Positions 16,000-20,435 of a stretch of DNA of 20,435 bases are shown here, in pieces. The stretch is taken from positions 1 to 20,435 of the forward strand of contig JASFEA010000045.1 of the NCBI GenBank assembly GCA_050125095.1. The letters are read 5' to 3'. Source of the stretch: a bacterium (GTDB lineage: Bacteria > Arandabacterota > Arandabacteria > Arandabacterales > JALGWA01). A program made the position numbers and the translations under genes. The notes below the pieces were generated by a model that was given only the letters and a program-made list of their open reading frames with translations, had not been told where the DNA came from and did no database searches. Every line of letters starts with the position of its first letter. Positions within the stretch are counted from its first letter, which is position 1.

Positions 16000-16028
16000 A
16001 TTTTATCGCTAAAAACCACTCATGTCAA
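16000..16028 (-). promoter_or_regulatory. Near-consensus sigma70 promoter TTGACA-N17-TAAAAT
   Basis: Minus strand reads TTGACA tgagtggtttttagcga TAAAAT: 11/12 consensus with optimal spacing in a GC-rich genome. Confidence 0.75.
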
Positions 16029-16143
16029 CACAATTATGACTGAAACACGGGGTGCATATGAAATGCATTGAAATAGAGCGAGTTATAGGGCTTCGAAGGC
16101 CCGCAATCCGGTTGGAGTCCGGGTTTGAGGTAGGTTAAGGTGG

Positions 16144-17838
16144 CTATTTCTGCGAGGCCTTCTGGATCCTGGCCCACTGGTCGCGCAGTGTCACCGTCCG
16201 GTTGAACACGAGCCGCCCAGGCCCCGAGTCGATCGCGTCCATGCAGAAGTAGCCCATCCTCTCGAACTGGAAACGATCGCCCGGGCCCGCCGCCGCGAGG
16301 GCGGGCTCGACCTTGCAGGAGGTGAGTACTTCGAGGGAGTCATGCCGGATGTAGTCCTTGAAGTCCTTGCCCTCTTCGCCGGCCATTGGATTTTCCCTGG
16401 TAAACAGGCTCTCGTAAAGGCGGACCTCGGCGCCGACGGCGTGCTGCGCCGATACCCAGTGAAGCGTTGCCTTCACCTTGCGGCCGTCCGGCGCGTCGCC
16501 GCCGCGGGTCTCGGGGTCGTAAGTGCATCGGAGCTCGGTGACCTCGCCGGTGCTTTCGTGCTTAACGACGTCCACGCACTTTATGAAATAGGCGTAGCGC
16601 AGCCGCACCTCGCGCCCTGGAGCCAGCCGGTAGAACTTCTTGGGCGGCTCCTCCATGAAGTCCTCCCTCTCTATATAGAGAGTCCGTGAGAATGGGACTT
16701 TGCGTGTTCCCGCGGCGGGGTCTTCGGGATTATTGACGGCGTCCAGCTCCTCGGTTTCATCCTCGGGATAGTTTTCGATTACAATCTTGAGGGGCCGCAG
16801 TACGGCCATCACGCGGGGCGAGCGCCTGTTGAGATCCTCGCGCACGCAGTGCTCAAGCAGCTTGATATCCACGATGCTGTCGGCCTTGGCGATACCTATC
16901 CTGTCGAGGAAAGCCTTGATGGCCTCGGGCGTGTAACCGCGCCGCCTCATCGCCGAGAGCGTGGGCATGCGCGGGTCGTCCCAGGAGGCCACGTATCCCT
17001 CCTCCACCATCTGGCGGAGTCTTCTTTTGCTCATCACGGTGTAAGTCAGGTTGAGCCGGGCGAATTCGATTTGCTGCGGGTGATGGACATCGAGCTCGTC
17101 GAGGAACCAGTCATATAACGGCCTGTGATCCTCGAACTCCAGGCTGCAGAGCGAGTGCGTTATGCCCTCGATAGAGTCCGACAGGCAATGCGTGAAATCA
17201 TACATAGGGTAAATGCACCAGTCGTCACCCGTGCGGTGATGCGTGGCGTGAAGAATGCGGTAGATGACGGGGTCGCGCATGTTGATATTGGGCGCGGCCA
17301 TGTCTATCTTCGCCCTCAGCGTGCGGGAGCCGTCCGGGAACTCGCCCTTCCGCATGCGCTCGAACAGGTCCAGGTTCTCCTGGGCGGACCGCCCGCGGTA
17401 GGGGCTTTCCTTGCCCGGCTCGGTGAGCGTTCCGCGGTACTCGCGCATCTCTTCGGTGGAGAGGTCGCATACGTAGGCCCTGCCCTTCTTGATGAGCTCG
17501 ACCGCGTAGTCGTAGAGCTGCGGGAAGTAGTCCGAGGCGTAATAGAGTCTGTCGCCCCAGTCATAACCCATCCAGCGTATGTCCTCCTGGATGGCGTCGA
17601 CGTACTCGGTCTCTTCCTTCGTAGGGTTGGTATCGTCGAAGCGCAGGTTGCAGAGCCCCCCGAACTCCAGCGCAACGCCGAAGTCGAGGTGAAACGCCTT
17701 GGCATGGCCGATGTGAAGCCGCCCGTTGGGCTCGGGCGGGAAACGCGTATGCACCCTCCCGCCGTACTTGCCCGTCTCGTTATCATGTATGACCGTCGCG
17801 CGGATGAAGTCCACCCCGCGGGTATCTGGCCCGCTCAT
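16144..17838 (-). CDS. glnS: Glutamine--tRNA ligase
   Basis: [17 protein letters not shown] (HIGH motif), [45 protein letters not shown]. Confidence 0.97.
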   Translation of the reverse strand: MSGPDTRGVDFIRATVIHDNETGKYGGRVHTRFPPEPNGRLHIGHAKAFHLDFGVALEFGGLCNLRFDDTNPTKEETEYVDAIQEDIRWMGYDWGDRLYYASDYFPQLYDYAVELIKKGRAYVCDLSTEEMREYRGTLTEPGKESPYRGRSAQENLDLFERMRKGEFPDGSRTLRAKIDMAAPNINMRDPVIYRILHATHHRTGDDWCIYPMYDFTHCLSDSIEGITHSLCSLEFEDHRPLYDWFLDELDVHHPQQIEFARLNLTYTVMSKRRLRQMVEEGYVASWDDPRMPTLSAMRRRGYTPEAIKAFLDRIGIAKADSIVDIKLLEHCVREDLNRRSPRVMAVLRPLKIVIENYPEDETEELDAVNNPEDPAAGTRKVPFSRTLYIEREDFMEEPPKKFYRLAPGREVRLRYAYFIKCVDVVKHESTGEVTELRCTYDPETRGGDAPDGRKVKATLHWVSAQHAVGAEVRLYESLFTRENPMAGEEGKDFKDYIRHDSLEVLTSCKVEPALAAAGPGDRFQFERMGYFCMDAIDSGPGRLVFNRTVTLRDQWARIQKASQK

Positions 17839-17984
17839 GCGATAACTCCTTTGCCGGATATCCGGCCGATGGCTATCAGTGTTCTTAAGTTATAATAGGG
17901 CCTATCCCCCGCACATTGTCAACCACGCATTGGCTCGCGTGCGCCTTTATTGCAGCATCTCGGCGCTTCCGTTATATAGCGGTC

Positions 17985-18036
17985 GGGGTCAGGTCTGGGG
18001 TCAGTCAGGTCTGGGGTCAGGTCTCGAAATGCACAA
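17985..18036 (+). repeat. Stuttered cluster of the GGGGTCAGGTCT repeat (partial units followed by one near-full unit)
   Basis: GGGGTCAGGTCT-GGGGTCA-GTCAGGTCT-GGGGTCAGGTCTCGAAATGCACAA. Confidence 0.85.
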
Positions 18037-18232
18037 CCGCCGGGCCGGGGATGCTGCGGATTTATATAACTTCTGCTCCAATCCTGGTTCACGGGGGAGC
18101 CCGGGAGGGGACGCGTAGAGAGGGAGAAGGGACGCGCCTCAGCGCGCCCCCATTACCGACCCATGCGCCATTCTATGGCGCCGGGGGAACTGGCGCTGTT
18201 CTCTCCCTTCATCAAGCGCTTACTTCAGCAGC

Positions 18233-20435
18233 CTATTTCAAGAGCACAACCTTGGCGGTTGCACTGAACTCATCTGCCGCCATGCGGCAGAAGTAGATTC
18301 CTCTGGCCACTCTGTGGCCCGTGCTATCCGTTCCGTCCCAGACCGCCAGGTGCGTCCCCGCCTCCGCGTCCTCATCCACGAGAGTCTTCACAAGCCGCCC
18401 GTTCACATCGTAGACACTCAGCGACACATGAGACGCCGCCGGAAGGGCGTAACCTATAGTGGTGGTTGCCGAGAACGGGTTAGGGCGGATCGGACCCATG
18501 CCGATCTTCACGATCTCCTCTTTGTAGTCGTTGTCTTCGATGACAGCCACGGGGTCTCCCTCGTTGAACATGGCCTCGTTCAGATTGACCTTCGGCGACG
18601 CCACCGGTACGCCGGGAGCGAACCTCTTCTTATTGAATGTAAGGGTGGCGATTCTCCCGTTACCCGTGAAGCTGGTCGCGCTCGCCATGGCTATGAAGAT
18701 GCTGTCCGCGTTGGCCCGGTCCTCAATGGCCCAGCCGGACGCCAGCCCGCCCGCAACAGATGAAACATACTCGAGGGCGCCCGTATCGTAAAGAAGTCCG
18801 AGCTCGACTGAGAATATGTCTTCGGTTTCGCGGACGAAGACGGGTATCTTGACCGTCCCGGCGTCATGTCTCGGGTGCCCCAGCTTGATATAGGCCTGGA
18901 CGGGCGGGGCGAATGGCGCTATGCCGGGCGCCCCGGACACGTTGCCCTTGAGTACACCGATGTAGTCCACCCCGCCGTCGCAACCATATATGCAGCCGTC
19001 GCACGGGCTCGGGAACCATACCCACGGGTCGGGGCAGGGGAATGCCGGCAGCGCGCCCACAACGTACTGCAGCACCAGCGATGCGTCATATGCCGTTATG
19101 GAGTTGGTGCAGCTGACGTCGGCCGCTATCCTCTGCGGCGCCCAGGTCATGCATGTATGGAACATGCAATCATCGAGGTCGTCGAGACAGACTATGTGTT
19201 GGAGAATCAGAGATGCGTCGTAAGCAGTGATCAGCCTGCGCGGGACCTCACAGTTGTCCACGTCCACGCAGTACGAGTATACGCAGTCAGGGTCCCCGGG
19301 CGGCAGGCATTCGAAGACATAGGACCCCGCCGCGTCCGTATAGGCGCTGGCGATCGGGCCGTTACAGTCCCACAGGTTGATGCGCGCGCCCTCAATGGGG
19401 TGAGTGAGATAATATCCGCCGCAATCGTCGTAGTCGCAGTACCAGTTGTGAACATAGCCGTGCACCGTGCAGTGCTCGACGCAGACCCGGCCGTCCTCCC
19501 AGCATACCTGGAGGGGGTCCTCGGGGTCATAGAGGTTGACATGTTCGAACCAGATATCGCAGCACATGCACGGCTTGGCGTTGTCGCTCACGTGGAACTT
19601 GAGATAAAAGAGCACCCCGCCTCCGGCCAGGGGCCCGGCTCCGGCCGCGGCCACGCTTATGCAGTTCTCTCCGCACGGACCGCAAACCGGATCCGCCCAG
19701 CTGGAGTTCAACATTACCTCTCCGGGGTCGCAGAACTCGTACTGCAGGAGCCCGGCGGGCACGCCACACCAGCAGATTTCCATATCGAAGGCCATGATGC
19801 CCCAGCCGGTGACGTCCTGGATGTATATGGGGACGTACACGTTCTCGCCGGGGTCCACCATGATGTCGTCGGGTATGCCGATGTCTATTCCCTCACAGGG
19901 TTCGGCCACGTCCTTGTGCCACCACTGTGGCGTCTCGAGCTCGGTGACGCTTTCAAGAGCGCTCACTTTCTCGAAGGCCTCCTGCCAGGTCCACCCGGAG
20001 TCCATCAGGCCCCGCATGAAGGGACCGGCGAAGGCTCCGCCGTCATCGGCCGAGCCGTATGAGTACTCGCCCTCGTTGCTGGCCATGGCCTTATCGACGA
20101 AGGTCTTGCAGGGAATGCTGTCGGCCTCGTCCTTCTTGAAGCCGCCGCTGAAGCAGCAGTCGATGAGTTCGTATATGGAGTCGAGGCAGGCGTCCGAGAG
20201 CATCTTCTGCCAGCTGGCCCATTCGTCATCGAGAATGTCCCTGGTGTCGTTGGAGAGGGCAAGGTCTTCATCCCAGGCGAATGAGTCGTCCTTATCCCCG
20301 TCGCCGTTGAGGTCGACCCCTCCGTCATCGGCGTCTATGTCACCGTCACCGTCGCCGTCCGAACCCGCAAGCACCCAGCCCGTTCCGGTCTTCACCCAGA
20401 TCTCCTTGGTGCCGGCCGTGTTGCGGAGCTCCGTA
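18233..20435 (-). CDS. 5'-truncated large secreted protein: caspase-like (clan CD) peptidase C-terminal part, cohesin, carboxypeptidase-regulatory-like, dockerin-like, cohesin and FlgD-Ig/T9SS-A-like domains
   Basis: Frame is open to the window edge. LIDCCFSGGF; IPDDIMVDPGENVYVPIYIQD...GVLFYLKFHV; two ITAYDASL(I/V)LQ repeats; second cohesin-like VKIPVFV...LLYD...GRIATLTF; PNPFSATTTIGY...YDVNGRLVKTL...GIYFCRM. Confidence 0.85.
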   Translation of the reverse strand, partial: TELRNTAGTKEIWVKTGTGWVLAGSDGDGDGDIDADDGGVDLNGDGDKDDSFAWDEDLALSNDTRDILDDEWASWQKMLSDACLDSIYELIDCCFSGGFKKDEADSIPCKTFVDKAMASNEGEYSYGSADDGGAFAGPFMRGLMDSGWTWQEAFEKVSALESVTELETPQWWHKDVAEPCEGIDIGIPDDIMVDPGENVYVPIYIQDVTGWGIMAFDMEICWCGVPAGLLQYEFCDPGEVMLNSSWADPVCGPCGENCISVAAAGAGPLAGGGVLFYLKFHVSDNAKPCMCCDIWFEHVNLYDPEDPLQVCWEDGRVCVEHCTVHGYVHNWYCDYDDCGGYYLTHPIEGARINLWDCNGPIASAYTDAAGSYVFECLPPGDPDCVYSYCVDVDNCEVPRRLITAYDASLILQHIVCLDDLDDCMFHTCMTWAPQRIAADVSCTNSITAYDASLVLQYVVGALPAFPCPDPWVWFPSPCDGCIYGCDGGVDYIGVLKGNVSGAPGIAPFAPPVQAYIKLGHPRHDAGTVKIPVFVRETEDIFSVELGLLYDTGALEYVSSVAGGLASGWAIEDRANADSIFIAMASATSFTGNGRIATLTFNKKRFAPGVPVASPKVNLNEAMFNEGDPVAVIEDNDYKEEIVKIGMGPIRPNPFSATTTIGYALPAASHVSLSVYDVNGRLVKTLVDEDAEAGTHLAVWDGTDSTGHRVARGIYFCRMAADEFSATAKVVLLK

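Noticed and set aside
15798-16043. 81-aa ORF on the plus strand
   Set aside because: No recognisable features, atypical composition, and it runs antisense across the strong minus-strand promoter.
17892-17922. glnS promoter TTGACA-N19-TATTAT (minus)
   Set aside because: Plausible, but the 19-nt spacer is suboptimal, so it was not called as a feature.
8227-20062. Long antisense or alternative-frame ORFs (e.g. 9757-10413-, 11260-12177+, 12985-13923-, 14074-14889-, 17125-17895+, 18866-20062+)
   Set aside because: Shadow ORFs expected in high-GC DNA, overlapping well-supported genes.

Overview
GC-rich bacterial chromosomal window. The protein types suggest a diderm FCB-like candidate-phylum organism (inference: FlgD-Ig/T9SS-like C-termini and a TWGxIK tail). 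Left part: the 3' end of an MTH1187/YkoF-like gene, then two ECF sigma factor modules. Module 1 is sigma + zinc-finger anti-sigma with a divergent DUF6249-like membrane protein. Module 2 is sigma + anti-sigma-like protein + Spy/CpxP-like protein + a 3-repeat secreted protein + a lipoprotein. Each module carries two copies of its own ECF-type promoter motif (TGAAAC-N17-CGTC and GGAATA-N17-GTCTAA). Middle and right: beta-propeller proteins, a large M4/M36-like metallopeptidase, TonB, an ArsP/DUF318 permease, a gene remnant, a FadL porin, glnS and a partial caspase-like/cohesin/dockerin secreted protein. The most unusual non-coding signals are: (i) a ~142-bp element bounded by GGGGTCAGGTCTTGAAATGCACA inverted repeats, present twice, whose ~75%-identical interiors keep a pseudoknot-like fold with compensatory changes, and whose copies bracket ECF module 1; (ii) a near-consensus sigma70 promoter on the minus strand at ~16000-16028 pointing into a ~335-nt highly structured region with no convincing ORF (candidate ncRNA). 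All calls are by eye; no database searches were run.
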